Shown here piece after piece: positions 8,568 through 18,216 of a stretch of DNA of 64,000 nucleotides. Position 1 is the first letter of the stretch, and each line of letters begins with the position of its first letter. This DNA comes from Vicinamibacterales bacterium. GTDB lineage: Bacteria; Acidobacteriota; Vicinamibacteria; Vicinamibacterales; UBA8438. Location of the stretch: assembly GCA_965215155.1 (NCBI GenBank), contig CBDCCY010000002.1, positions 431,386 to 495,385 of the forward strand. Reading direction: 5' to 3'. The notes beneath the pieces were generated by a model that worked only from the letters and a program-made list of their open reading frames with translations, ran no database searches and was not told the DNA's origin. The position numbers and the translations under genes are program-made.

Positions 8568-9668
8568 CTACGTGCAGACGTCGCCGAGATATCCGCCGCC
8601 GCCGCAGTAGCGCACGTCCTGGAGTTGCAGCAGGATGCCGTCCGGGTCGGTGAAGTAGAGCTCCGGCGTCCCCTCCGGGGCCCCGCCGCGGTCCGGCATC
8701 CGCATCGTGACGTAGGACGTCAGGGGCCCGACCGGGCCTTCCGCCCCATCCGGCCGCGGTTGGATGCCGAAGCCCTCGAGCGCCGCCATCACCTCCTCGT
8801 GCTGGAAGTTCTCCATGGTCAGACAGGCGTGGTGGATGCGCGCCGGGCCCGGCCCCGCCGCGAGAGCGAGGAACTGGCGTCCCGAACCGACCGAGAGCAG
8901 CGGCAGCGCCCCCTGCGAGCGCGTGCTGGGCATCCCGAACAGGCCCTGGTAGAACGCGATGGAGCGCTGCTGGTCGGACACGAATACCGTGAAGTGGTTG
9001 ATGTCCCGGACCGCAATGACGCCCTCGTCCACCGCCGGCTCGGGAGACGAACAGAGCTCGCCCAGCAGGCCTTCGCCGCCGCAGTAGGTGGTGTCCTGGA
9101 GCTGGACGACCACGCCGTCCGGATCGCCCAGGTACAGCTCCGGCGTCCCTTCCGGCGCGCCCCCGAACTCCGCCCCGCGCATCCGGACGCGAACGCGCTC
9201 TGCGGCGTTCTGTCCCGGCACGTCGGTCGGCGCGACGCCGTGCTCGCCCAGGATGCCGACGAGGCGCCGGTCGTCGAACGCGTCTACGGTCAGGCAGAAG
9301 TGGTTGATGTGGGGCGTCACGTCCGGCCGGCCGCCGCCGAGGGCAATGAACTGGGGGCCGTCGCCGACCTGCAGGATCAGCGTCCGCGCCTGCCGTGCCG
9401 CGATCGTCATCCCGAACAGACCCTGGTAGAACTCGCGCGACCGGCCGATGTCGGTCACCGTCAGCGTCATGTGGTTCCAGGACCGGACGGGGATCGGCGG
9501 TGGTCCCGCGCCTACTGTCGACTGCCAGGCGGCCCGGCCGGCGCGCGGGGCGAGAGCGGTCGCCGCCGTCGGCGCCGCAGCAATCGCGGCCAACGATCCG
9601 AGGAACGACCGGCGCGTCACCCGGTCGCGGCCGGTCGCTGTCGGGCGCATGTCGCGCGTATCCGCCAT
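8568..9668 (-). CDS. Tat-secreted tandem VOC (glyoxalase/bleomycin-resistance/dioxygenase) domain protein
   Basis: Tat signal TRRSFLGSLAAIAAAP. There are two collinear VOC modules (HMTLTVTDIGRSREFYQGLFGM... and HFTVFVSDQQRSIAFYQGLFGM...). Each ends in GAPEGTPELY..DPDG...QLQD..YCGG.G.LG..C. Confidence 0.85.
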   Translation of the reverse strand: MADTRDMRPTATGRDRVTRRSFLGSLAAIAAAPTAATALAPRAGRAAWQSTVGAGPPPIPVRSWNHMTLTVTDIGRSREFYQGLFGMTIAARQARTLILQVGDGPQFIALGGGRPDVTPHINHFCLTVDAFDDRRLVGILGEHGVAPTDVPGQNAAERVRVRMRGAEFGGAPEGTPELYLGDPDGVVVQLQDTTYCGGEGLLGELCSSPEPAVDEGVIAVRDINHFTVFVSDQQRSIAFYQGLFGMPSTRSQGALPLLSVGSGRQFLALAAGPGPARIHHACLTMENFQHEEVMAALEGFGIQPRPDGAEGPVGPLTSYVTMRMPDRGGAPEGTPELYFTDPDGILLQLQDVRYCGGGGYLGDVCT

Positions 9669-9678
9669 GGTTCGATCC

Positions 9679-10191
9679 TCACTCGGCGACCGGGTCGCGG
9701 TGTAGCGTGCGGGTCTGGATCTTCCAGCCGTCGGCCGTCTTCACGAACGTGTCGTCGTAGTAGCCCGAGGCAACTGCCTTCGGCTCGGGACCGGTGACGT
9801 CGTTCAGCACCCAGTAGGCGCGGCCCTTCGCGCCGTCCTCGGTCGCCGTGATCACGAAGCTGCTGTTCAGGTGCCGGCGTCCGTTGTCGCCGGTCTGGCC
9901 CTGATTGCGCGCTTCGCGGCCGGCCCGCAGCTCTGCCATGCCCCGCTGCTCCTGCCCGGGGCCGGTGCGAAAGACCGCGTCCTCCGCGAACGCCGACAGC
10001 CACATCTCCGCGTCGCGGAAGTCGCTGCCCTGGTTGTAGAGCCCGTACAGACGCTCGATCTCGGCGTAGTCGGCGCCCGTCAGCGCCGCCGGCGCCGCCC
10101 CGCGCGACGACTCGGCAACGAAGAGGCCAAGCCCCACCGCCAACACCGCAACCAACGCCACCTTCAGAATCGCGCTACCCGCTGCTTGCAT
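9679..10191 (-). CDS. SnoaL-like / NTF2-family protein with signal peptide
   Basis: N-terminal hydrophobic segment, then ADYAEIERLYGLYNQGSDFRDAEMWLSAFAEDAVF...RHLNSSFVITATEDGAKGRAYW...TFVKTADGWKI, a SnoaL_4-like pattern. It lies 10 nt upstream of the tandem VOC gene, so the two probably form an operon. Confidence 0.7.
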   Translation of the reverse strand: MQAAGSAILKVALVAVLAVGLGLFVAESSRGAAPAALTGADYAEIERLYGLYNQGSDFRDAEMWLSAFAEDAVFRTGPGQEQRGMAELRAGREARNQGQTGDNGRRHLNSSFVITATEDGAKGRAYWVLNDVTGPEPKAVASGYYDDTFVKTADGWKIQTRTLHRDPVAE

Positions 10192-10363
10192 GTGACCCCT
10201 CCTGATGTCCGCCCAGTATAGTCGCCGGCCGCCGCGGACCGCCGCCCGTCCCCCGGGAGGCTCCCACCGGCAACCGGCCCCACCGGCGGCGCGAGCGTGC
10301 CGGGTCGCTCCGAGCCGGAGGATTCCGGGAGCTCCGCTTCGAAGCCGACACGGCCTTCACCGG

Positions 10364-10882
10364 TCACTCGTAGTACTCGCGGTACCTCCCGCGCCGGAAG
10401 AGCCATCCGCCGAGCGGGCCGAGCCAACCGAGCACGTGGTGCATGTAGCCGAGGTCCATCAGCTCGATCAGGTTGCCGTCGATGTCCTTGGCGAAGAAGA
10501 ACGTGTGCCCGCGCGGAGAGCGCTCCGGCTCGCTGACGCACTCGACGCCCTTCGACATCAGATAGGCATGCCAGCGACGCGTCCCGCGCACGTTGAACGC
10601 GATATGGGTCAGGCCGACCCGGTTCCAGGGCACGTCGACGGGCGGCTGTCGCGGGCGGAACTCGAAGATCTCGATGACCGCGCCGCCGGGGGCGCGGATC
10701 CAGCCCACCTTGCAGCTCGGGGCCGCGTCGTCGAGGCCGACCCCGAAGAAGCTCCGCACGCGCTCCGGCGGCTGGTCCGCGACCCCGACCAGCGGACAGC
10801 GGAAGACGTCCCAATAGAACTTCACGGCAGCGCTGAAGTCGGACACGGTGATGCCGGCGTGGCTGAAGGATCGGACTCTCAC
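10364..10882 (-). CDS. VOC-family (glyoxalase-like) protein
   Basis: Only the C-terminal 172 codons of track ORF 10364..12232 look real: (V)RVRSFSHAGITVSDFSAAVKFYWDVF...GLTHIAFNVRG...FFFAKDIDGNLIELMD. GTG start at 10882 overlaps the GMC stop codon (GTGA). Confidence 0.8.
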   Translation of the reverse strand: MRVRSFSHAGITVSDFSAAVKFYWDVFRCPLVGVADQPPERVRSFFGVGLDDAAPSCKVGWIRAPGGAVIEIFEFRPRQPPVDVPWNRVGLTHIAFNVRGTRRWHAYLMSKGVECVSEPERSPRGHTFFFAKDIDGNLIELMDLGYMHHVLGWLGPLGGWLFRRGRYREYYE

Positions 10883-12417
10883 GTCAGGCTCCTCGAAGCG
10901 GCGCCGACCCGCAGGTCGGTCTCGGCGATGTGATCGGCCACGCGCAACGCCTGCGCCGCAATGGTCAGGCCGGGGTTGACCGCGGCCGAGGACGGAAAGA
11001 ACGACGCATCGACCACGAAAAGGTTCTCGACGTCGTGCGAGCGGCAGAAGGGATCGAGCACGGAGGTCCGGGGATCCGTCCCGAAGCACGCCGTCCCGCA
11101 CTGGTGGGTGGTGTTCCGGGCGCCGTGCGAGTGGGTCATCACCGCCCAGAACCCGAGCCGGCGCAGGATGCGCCGCATCTCCCGGACCAGGCGCCGGTGG
11201 GGGCGCACGTTGTCGGGGCGATAGTGCAGGCGGATACGGCCGGCCGCGTCCACTTCGACGCGGTTGTGGGGCCGCGGCAGGTCCTCGGTCATCGCCAGCC
11301 AGTCCACGCCGCGCGCCACCCAGGCCGCGTATGCCCGGAGCGGCACCCAGGGCACCACGGTCTGCGCCATCACGGCGTGCGTCCTGCCCTGGGACTGGAT
11401 CTGGCCAAGCGGCGGACCGCCGTCCGGACCCCGAAGGTAGAAGTCGTTGATGGCCACCGTCTTCTGGAAGACCGCCCGGTTCCGCCGGAACGGATGGAAC
11501 CCCTGCATCATCGTCGCGTGGTGCGCCATGTAGCGCCGCCCGACGAGTCCGGACGAGTTCGCCAGCCCATGGGGATGCCGGTCGCTCGCGGACCGGAGCA
11601 GCAGCGCCGCCGAGTTGACCGCGCCGCACGAGACGACGACGAGCGGCGCCTCGACGCGCACCGTCTCTCCGTTCCGCACCACCTCGACCACCTCCACCCG
11701 GCGGCCGGCGGAGTCCGTCTGCAGGCGCCTGGCGAAGGCGTGCGTCCACAGCGTGACGTTGTCGATCGCGGCCGCGGGACGGACGCAGCAGACCTCTGCT
11801 TCGCTCTTCGCGTGCAGCCGGCACGGGAACGAGTTGCACGTATCGCAGAGGATGCAGCCGTCCGCCTCGCCGGGACGGATCAAGCCCAGTGGCAGGGGTG
11901 AAGGATGGAGCCCCTCCGCGCGCAGCCGGTCGACGATGTCCTCGATCTCCGGCGCGTGCGGAATCGGCGGGTGCGGGTACGGCCCGCGCGGAGGCTCCGT
12001 CGGGTCGAGGCCCGCCTCGCCGTGCACCTGGTACAGGCGCTCGGCCCGCCCGTAGTACGGCGCCAGCGTGGCGTAGTCGATCGGCCACGCAGGCGAGGTG
12101 CCGTCGGTATGCTCGACCGCCCCGAAGTCTTCCTTCCGCAAGCGGTAGAGGACGCTGCCCCAGAACTTCGTGTTGCCGCCGACGCAGTAGTGCGTGTAGG
12201 GGAGGAACGGCCTCCCCGCACCATCGAGCCACGTTTCCGGGGTGCGGTACCGCAGGTCCTTCCAGACCGCCGCCGGGTCCCAGTTCTCCGGCTCGCGCGG
12301 CACGAAGCCGCCGCGTTCCGCGAGGAGGATGCGGGCCCCGGTCGCGGCGAGAGCTCGTGCAAGCGTCCCGCCTCCGGCGCCGCTCCCGATGACGACGAGG
12401 TCGAAGGCGTACGGCAT
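10879..12417 (-). CDS. GMC-family FAD-dependent oxidoreductase
   Basis: MPYAFDLVVIGSGAGGGTLARALAATGARILLAERG (Rossmann GxGxxG) and the C-terminal GMC signature HQCGTACFGTDPRTSVLDPFCRSHDVENLFVVDASFFPSSAAVNPGLTIAAQALR. ATG at 12417. Confidence 0.9.
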   Translation of the reverse strand: MPYAFDLVVIGSGAGGGTLARALAATGARILLAERGGFVPREPENWDPAAVWKDLRYRTPETWLDGAGRPFLPYTHYCVGGNTKFWGSVLYRLRKEDFGAVEHTDGTSPAWPIDYATLAPYYGRAERLYQVHGEAGLDPTEPPRGPYPHPPIPHAPEIEDIVDRLRAEGLHPSPLPLGLIRPGEADGCILCDTCNSFPCRLHAKSEAEVCCVRPAAAIDNVTLWTHAFARRLQTDSAGRRVEVVEVVRNGETVRVEAPLVVVSCGAVNSAALLLRSASDRHPHGLANSSGLVGRRYMAHHATMMQGFHPFRRNRAVFQKTVAINDFYLRGPDGGPPLGQIQSQGRTHAVMAQTVVPWVPLRAYAAWVARGVDWLAMTEDLPRPHNRVEVDAAGRIRLHYRPDNVRPHRRLVREMRRILRRLGFWAVMTHSHGARNTTHQCGTACFGTDPRTSVLDPFCRSHDVENLFVVDASFFPSSAAVNPGLTIAAQALRVADHIAETDLRVGAASRSLT

Positions 12418-12428
12418 GGAGCGCGCGG

Positions 12429-13493
12429 TCAATCGCCGAGAGGGGCGCCGTCCGTCGTGGCGGCGTCCGTCATGAAGCCGGCGGTCGCGTCGCCGTCGGC
12501 CGTCGCGTAGATCCGGTCCATCAGGCGCTGGTCGGCCATCGCCGCCTCGAGGCTCATCTGCGGGGCGCGCCCGTCGCGAATCGCATCGGCGAAGTCGCGG
12601 TACATCGCCTGGTAGCCGCGAATGTCGCGGACGCCGGGGACGAGCAACCGCGGCCTCGCCCGCGCCCGTCCCCGGACCACGACGAAGGCGCCGTTCGACT
12701 CGAAGGTGATGATGCCGTCCCGCCCGAAGAGCTTCGACAGGCGCAGTCCACGCAGCAGCGACGGCACCTCGCGCGAGTAGTGAAGCGAGCCGACGGCGCC
12801 GGTGTCGTAACGGAACGCCACCAGCATGCTCTTGGCGCGCCGGTCGGGACCGCTGCGCGCCGGCGGCGGCCGGAACCCCTGCACGGCCGTGATCGCCGGC
12901 CCGAGGCTGTTCGCCAGGTGGAGCCAGTGGATCCCCTCCTCGAAGAACGCGTCGCCGCCCGCCATCGCCTCGTCGTTTCGCCAGTCGCCGGCCTCCTTCA
13001 ACCGCCGCGCCAGCGTGGTGAACGACGCCAGCACGATCTCCCCGATGGCATGCTCGGCGACGAGGCGGCGCAGGCAGACGGCGAGCGGCTTGTAGTGGTC
13101 GTTCTCCCCCACCACGACGACCCGCCCGGCGCGGGCGCGCGCCTCGCGCACACGCTCGTAGTCGGCCAGCCGGAGGAACGCCGGCTTCTCCACCAGCACG
13201 TGCTTGCCCGCGGCGAGCGCCCGGAGGGTCAGTTGCAGGTGGAAGCGCGGCGGCACGGCCACGACGACCGCGTCGACGCCGGGGTCGCCAAGCGCATCGC
13301 CGTAGGCGCCGTAGCTTCGGATCCCCCCGTATCGGGCGCGGAACGCCTCCGCGCGGCCGCCGTCGCGGCTGGCATAGCTCGCGGCGAGCCGACCCCGGAG
13401 CCGCCGCAGATGCCGGCTGTGCACACCGGCGATGAAGCCGCACCCGAGGAATGCGACATGGACGGGCGGCGGCACGGCGCCATTATGCGCCAC
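12429..13493 (-). CDS. Gfo/Idh/MocA-family NAD(P)-dependent oxidoreductase
   Basis: VHVAFLGCGFIAGVHSRHL...VDAVVVAVPPRFHLQLTLRALAAGKHVLVEKP...ENDHYKP. The start is GTG at 13493 or 13475. It lies 11 nt upstream of the GMC gene. Confidence 0.8.
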   Translation of the reverse strand: MAHNGAVPPPVHVAFLGCGFIAGVHSRHLRRLRGRLAASYASRDGGRAEAFRARYGGIRSYGAYGDALGDPGVDAVVVAVPPRFHLQLTLRALAAGKHVLVEKPAFLRLADYERVREARARAGRVVVVGENDHYKPLAVCLRRLVAEHAIGEIVLASFTTLARRLKEAGDWRNDEAMAGGDAFFEEGIHWLHLANSLGPAITAVQGFRPPPARSGPDRRAKSMLVAFRYDTGAVGSLHYSREVPSLLRGLRLSKLFGRDGIITFESNGAFVVVRGRARARPRLLVPGVRDIRGYQAMYRDFADAIRDGRAPQMSLEAAMADQRLMDRIYATADGDATAGFMTDAATTDGAPLGD

Positions 13494-13664
13494 CGCCGCG
13501 GCCGGCACCCCGGGCCGCCGGGCTGCGGGTCGGGGTGGCGGGCGATTCCGGGAGCTGTGCCATTCGGGCCGCGAAGTCCGGTCGACGCAGCAGGAGGCCC
13601 GAGACCGCGACGCCCGCTGCGCGGGCCGAGCCAGTCGGGTCCGGCGCGCATAGAATCGCCGGAA

Positions 13665-14168
13665 ATGCCGACCTCGGCTCCAATCACGACGCCGGCGATG
13701 TCGGCCGTGCCGCGCTGGTCCCACCGCGACCCGGTCGAAGGTGGCAATCCGTTCCCCCCCGCGGACGGCCGCCATCAGCGCTGGACGGAGGCGACCGCGC
13801 AGGCGCGCGCCGCGCTCGAACGGTACGACGACGATCTCGCCAGGTCCGCCCTCGTGACGTCCGATCCGCGGACCTACCGCCGGCAGCTGATCGGTTTGGC
13901 GACCGCGCGCTTCGACACCTGGGCGCGCCGCGGGCTCGCTGCGGTCGGGTGCGAAGACGCTCGGCGCCACTACGTGTCCTGGTTGCGAGTCTATGTCGCC
14001 AACTGGCGAGCGTACGTGGCCGAGACCTGCCCCCACGTGGGCGCGTCCGAGCGCGACGAACTCCACGCGCGCCTCGCGACCCGCGCGACGCACTGGACGA
14101 CCGAGGCGCTGCGTGCCGGCGGTCGGACATCCGAACGCGGCGAGGGGCCGGCGCACGACCACACCTGA
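13665..14168 (+). CDS. Hypothetical protein (168 aa)
   Basis: ATG 13665 lies 8 nt after a TAGAAT box (13651-13656). Third-position GC bias and non-repetitive composition (RYDDDLARSALVTSDPRTYRRQLIGLATARFDTWARRG...) support coding. No family was recognised. Confidence 0.5.
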   Translation: MPTSAPITTPAMSAVPRWSHRDPVEGGNPFPPADGRHQRWTEATAQARAALERYDDDLARSALVTSDPRTYRRQLIGLATARFDTWARRGLAAVGCEDARRHYVSWLRVYVANWRAYVAETCPHVGASERDELHARLATRATHWTTEALRAGGRTSERGEGPAHDHT

Positions 14169-14331
14169 CGGGGGTCGGGGCACCGTCTGCGGTCCACCGG
14201 TTCGGCGGCGTGCTGGAACATGGCGCACGGCACACCTGACGAGGGTCGGGGCACGGCCGACTCCGGGCCGCGTCGGCCCGGCGTTTCGTTTGCTCGCGCG
14301 CACTTCGCGATTCGGCGTACGATGTCCGCTC

Positions 14332-15240
14332 ATGGCCCAGGGGACGCCGATCGTGGAGCTTCGGTCCGGTTCGACGCGCCTGGCCGTGGCGCCGTACGTC
14401 GGGGGGTCGATCACGCGCTACGCAACCGAGCACGGCCGGACGACCATCGACTGGCTGCGTCCGGCCCCCGCGGATGCCGTCGCCGAACGCGCGCCCGGCG
14501 GCACGTCGTGCTTCCCGATGGTCCCCTTCTCCAACCGCATACGGGACGCTGCGTTCCGCTTCCGCGGCCGCCGCATCCAGCTCCCGCGAAACTTCCCGCC
14601 CGAACGACACGCCATCCACGGCCACGCATGGCGCGCGGCCTGGTCCGTAGCGGAACGGGCGGAGGCACGACTGAGCCTGGAGTACCGACACCCGGCCGGC
14701 GCCTGGCCGTGGCAGTACGTCGCGCAGCAGACGTTCGACCTCACCGAGGAGCGGCTGCGGGTAAGGTTCGCGGTGACGAACGAGGCCTCGGAGGCGATGC
14801 CGGTCGGATTCGGGCTCCATCCCTACTTCGTGCGGACGCCGCGCGCCGTGCTGCGGGCCGATGTCGACCAGATGTGGCAAGCGGACGCCGAGCTGATGCC
14901 GGTCCGGCTGACGCCCGCGCCACCGCAACTCCTGCCCGGCGCGGCCGGGCTCAATCCCGATGCGACGCCGCTCGACAACAACTTCCTCGGGTTCCGCGGA
15001 CACGCCGTCATCGAGTGGCCGGAATGGAACACCCGGCTGCGGATGGATGCCGACCCGATCTACGCCTGTCTCGTCGTCTACACGCCGGCCGGCCGGGACT
15101 TCTTCTGCGTCGAACCGGCCACCAACTGCGTCGACGCATTCAACCTCGCCGACGCGGGCCGCACCGACACCGGACTGATCGTCCTCGAACCGGGCGACAC
15201 GGCGACCGGCGACGTGACGTTCACACCGGACGTCTCGTAG
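14332..15240 (+). CDS. Aldose 1-epimerase (galactose mutarotase-like) family protein
   Basis: MAQGTPIVELRSGSTRLAVAPYVGGSITRY...CFPMVPFSNRI...HGHAW...GFGLHPYF...FFCVEPATNCVDAFN is the typical mutarotase-fold pattern. Confidence 0.8.
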   Translation: MAQGTPIVELRSGSTRLAVAPYVGGSITRYATEHGRTTIDWLRPAPADAVAERAPGGTSCFPMVPFSNRIRDAAFRFRGRRIQLPRNFPPERHAIHGHAWRAAWSVAERAEARLSLEYRHPAGAWPWQYVAQQTFDLTEERLRVRFAVTNEASEAMPVGFGLHPYFVRTPRAVLRADVDQMWQADAELMPVRLTPAPPQLLPGAAGLNPDATPLDNNFLGFRGHAVIEWPEWNTRLRMDADPIYACLVVYTPAGRDFFCVEPATNCVDAFNLADAGRTDTGLIVLEPGDTATGDVTFTPDVS

Positions 15241-15314
15241 CGCGGGTCGGGGCGAGCTGTTGCGTGCCCCATAACGCCCTTCCTGTTGTGCAACAGACAT
15301 CTTATGATGGACCC

Positions 15315-16835
15315 GTGCCCGGCGTACTGCTCGCCTGGATCGGCCAGACCGATCTCGATTGTGCAGCCGGGCGGCGGTCCGGGCCGGGCCCCATCGCGAG
15401 CGTCGTCGCCGCCCGCCGTTTCGACGCGCTGGCGCTCCTGTCGAACTACCCGCCGGCGCGCAATCGGGCATTCGCAGCATGGCTGGCGGATGGTGGGGCC
15501 CCACCGGTCCATCTGCGTCAGGAACGGCTGGACGACCCCACCGACTACGCGGCCATCCACGCGGCTTCCGTCCGGGCGCTGGACTTCGCACGGGAGAGAT
15601 TCGGCGCGGACGCCGACTTCACCATCCACGTCAGTCCCGGCACGCCCGCCATGCAGGCGGTGTGGGTGCTGCTCGCGAAGACCCGCTTCCCGGCAGCGTT
15701 GATCCAGTCTCACGAGAAGACCGGTGTCCGGCCAGTTTCCATCCCGTTCGACATTGCGGCCGAGTACGTCCCGGCCGTCCTCCGCGGCGCGGACGAGAAG
15801 CTGACGCGCCTCACCGTCGGCCTGCCGCCCGAATCACCCGAGTTCGACGCCATCATCGGCCGCAGTCCGTCGCTGGAACGAGCCCGGGCGCGCGCCCGCC
15901 GCGTCGCCCCGCACGACGTCACCGTCCTGATCGAGGGCGAGTCCGGCACGGGCAAGGAACTGTTCGCGCGCGCCATCCACGCCGAGAGCCGCCGCCGCGG
16001 GGGGCCGTTCGAGGAGGTCAACTGCGGTGCCCTGCCCGAGGGCCTCGTCGAATCGCTGCTCTTCGGGCACACGCGCGGCGCGTTCTCGGGAGCCGTCCGC
16101 GCGCACCCCGGCCATTTCGAGACGGCCGGCGGCGGGACGCTGTTCCTCGACGAGATCGGCGAGTTGCGCCCCGACGCGCAGGTCAAGCTGCTCCGAGCGC
16201 TCCAGGAGCAGACCGTCCGGCGACTCGGGTCCGACCGGGCGATCCGCGTAGACGTCCGCATCATCGCCGCCACCAACCGGGACCTGCTCGCGGAGGTGGC
16301 GGCCGGCCGCTTCCGCGAGGACCTGTACTACCGGCTGGCGAGCGGCGTCATCCGTCTCCCGCCCCTCCGCGAGCGCGAGGGCGATCTCACGCCGCTCATC
16401 GACCACTTCCTGGCGGCCGCGAACCGCAAGTTCGGCGACCAGCCCGGCGTGGAGCAGAAGGTTCTTTCTCCATCCGCGAGGAACCTTCTACTGCGACACC
16501 CGTGGCCCGGCAACGTCCGCGAACTGCAGGCGACGCTGGACCGGTTGGTGCTCTGGGTGTCCGACCCCGTCGTAACCGCCGAAGACGTTCGCGAAGAACT
16601 GCTCACCACGCCTCGCGACGCAGCCGTCGGCTTGCTCGGCCGACCGCTCGGCAGCGGCCTGGAGTTGCCGAAGCTCATGGCGGAGCTCGCCCGCCACTAC
16701 CTGGCGCGCGCGCTCGCGGAGGCGAAGGGCAACAAGACGCGCGCCGCAGAGCTGATCGGTCTGCCCAGCTACCAGACCCTCACCAACTGGGCGAAGCGCT
16801 ACGATGTGACGCTGCCGGGGGACCGCGCGCGCTGA
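15315..16835 (+). CDS. Sigma-54-dependent transcriptional activator with an RtcR-type CARF N-terminal sensor domain
   Basis: Central AAA+ domain: VLIEGESGTGKE (Walker A), ESLLFGHTRGAFSGA (GAFTGA loop variant), GGTLFLDEIGEL (Walker B), and RIIAATNRDL...FREDLYYRL. C-terminal Fis-type HTH: NKTRAAELIGLPSYQTLTNWAKRY. The N-terminal ~175 aa (LLAWIGQTDLD...FTIHVSPGTPAMQAVWVLLAKTRFPAALIQS) is collinear with E. coli RtcR CARF landmarks recalled from memory (GFVGTVLD...YLIHITTGTHVAQICWFLLAEARYLPARLIQS). GTG start at 15315; an alternative GTG lies about 27 nt upstream. Confidence 0.85.
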   Translation: MPGVLLAWIGQTDLDCAAGRRSGPGPIASVVAARRFDALALLSNYPPARNRAFAAWLADGGAPPVHLRQERLDDPTDYAAIHAASVRALDFARERFGADADFTIHVSPGTPAMQAVWVLLAKTRFPAALIQSHEKTGVRPVSIPFDIAAEYVPAVLRGADEKLTRLTVGLPPESPEFDAIIGRSPSLERARARARRVAPHDVTVLIEGESGTGKELFARAIHAESRRRGGPFEEVNCGALPEGLVESLLFGHTRGAFSGAVRAHPGHFETAGGGTLFLDEIGELRPDAQVKLLRALQEQTVRRLGSDRAIRVDVRIIAATNRDLLAEVAAGRFREDLYYRLASGVIRLPPLREREGDLTPLIDHFLAAANRKFGDQPGVEQKVLSPSARNLLLRHPWPGNVRELQATLDRLVLWVSDPVVTAEDVREELLTTPRDAAVGLLGRPLGSGLELPKLMAELARHYLARALAEAKGNKTRAAELIGLPSYQTLTNWAKRYDVTLPGDRAR

Positions 16836-16851
16836 TGGCACGGCCATTGCT
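16836..16851 (+). promoter_or_regulatory. Sigma-54 (-24/-12) promoter
   Basis: TGGCACGGCCATTGCT matches the TGGCACG-N4-TTGCW consensus exactly. It begins one nt after the activator stop codon (TGA 16833-16835). The predicted +1 is near 16862, 5 nt before the ATPase ATG (16867). Confidence 0.8.
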
Positions 16852-16866
16852 TCTCTGGCGGGCGAC

Positions 16867-18216
16867 ATGACTGACGAGAGCGCGCCGAACGAGCCACGTC
16901 GGACGACCGAGGCGGATCCGCCTCCCCAGCCGGCCGCGTCGACCGGCGCCGCATCGGCATCAACGGGTGGCGGAGCTGACGGCACTCGCCGGAACGACAT
17001 CGCGCCGCGACGGAAGCCACCGCTGATCTCCGCCATCGAGATCGAGAACTTCAAGGGTATCGGCGCTCCGGCCCGGATCGAGTTGCGGCCGATCACCCTC
17101 CTGTTCGGACAGAACAGCGCCGGCAAGAGCACGGTGCTGCATGCGCTCTGCTACGCGCACGAGATCCTGACTCACCGGAACGTCGACGCACACCGGACCG
17201 AGCTCGGCGGCGACCGGATCGACCTCGGCGGGTTCCGGCGCCTCGTTCACGGGCACGACCCGACCCGTACCGTGCGCCTGCGCTTCGAGTTGAACCTGGA
17301 GACGTGGGAGCTTCCGGAGACGCTGACGGACAGACTGCTCTCCGAGTACTACGACTTCGAACTGCGAGAAGCGGTAGACGAGTTGGCCCGGCGGGCTACG
17401 AGTGGCTGGGTGGAACTGCAAGTCCAGCTCGTGGGCGAACAACCGCTTCTCACCCGTTATGAAGTCGGCGCGAACGACGTTCTCGCGGGACGGATTGCGG
17501 TACCCGCCACGCGCCGTGTGACCCTCGACTTCAATGCAGCACATCCTTTGCTCAGTCGCTGCGCGTCGGGCTCAACCCCCGCCGACGCCGGCTCCACGCT
17601 CGGCACGAGTCGAGGGGACGCGCATTCGGATCGCGTGGCCGACGCCCCGGATCCCGAGACGGACCGCTGGCGGCTCTCCCGTGTGCCGTTGCGCAGACTG
17701 ACCTGCGTCCTGCCTCATTGGGATGAGATCCTGTACTTCGACTGGCAGGAACCGAAGACCGCTAACGACCCGGGAGAACGGGACACGCTCGAGGGACAGA
17801 TTTCGGCCCTCGTCGTCGGACTCGGGCAGGCCCTTCGTGACGAGCTGGCGCGCTTTCGGTACCTTGGCCCCCTCCGCGAACCACCATCGCGAAGCAATGG
17901 CAAGTCTTACACATCCCGTCCGTCCGGCTGGACAGACGGGTCGGCTGCCTGGGAACAGCTCCGGCAGACCACCGATCCGGAGTTCACCGAGAGCGTGAGC
18001 CACTGGTTGGAGGGAAAGGACCGGCTGGACACCGGCTACCGGCTCCGCATCCGCTCTGTCGCAAGGGTCGACGAAGCAGACGCGACGCTCCTGGCGGACA
18101 TGCGAGAGTACCAACAGCTCCGTGCGGACTTCCGCTCCAGCGCGGGGTTGGTCGACATGGACCGTTGGCTTCGGCGCGAGGCGGAACGCATCCGCCACCT
18201 CGAACGCATCCTTCTA
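16867..18216 (+). pseudogene. ABC/OLD-like ATPase (AAA_15/AAA_21 type), N-terminal 450 codons, truncated by an IS630 insertion
   Basis: LISAIEIENFKGIGAPARIELRPITLLFGQNSAGKSTVLHALCYAHEIL carries the Walker A GQNSAGKST. Track ORF 16867..18240 ends with 8 IS-derived codons (VCTVRNT*). Confidence 0.85.
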
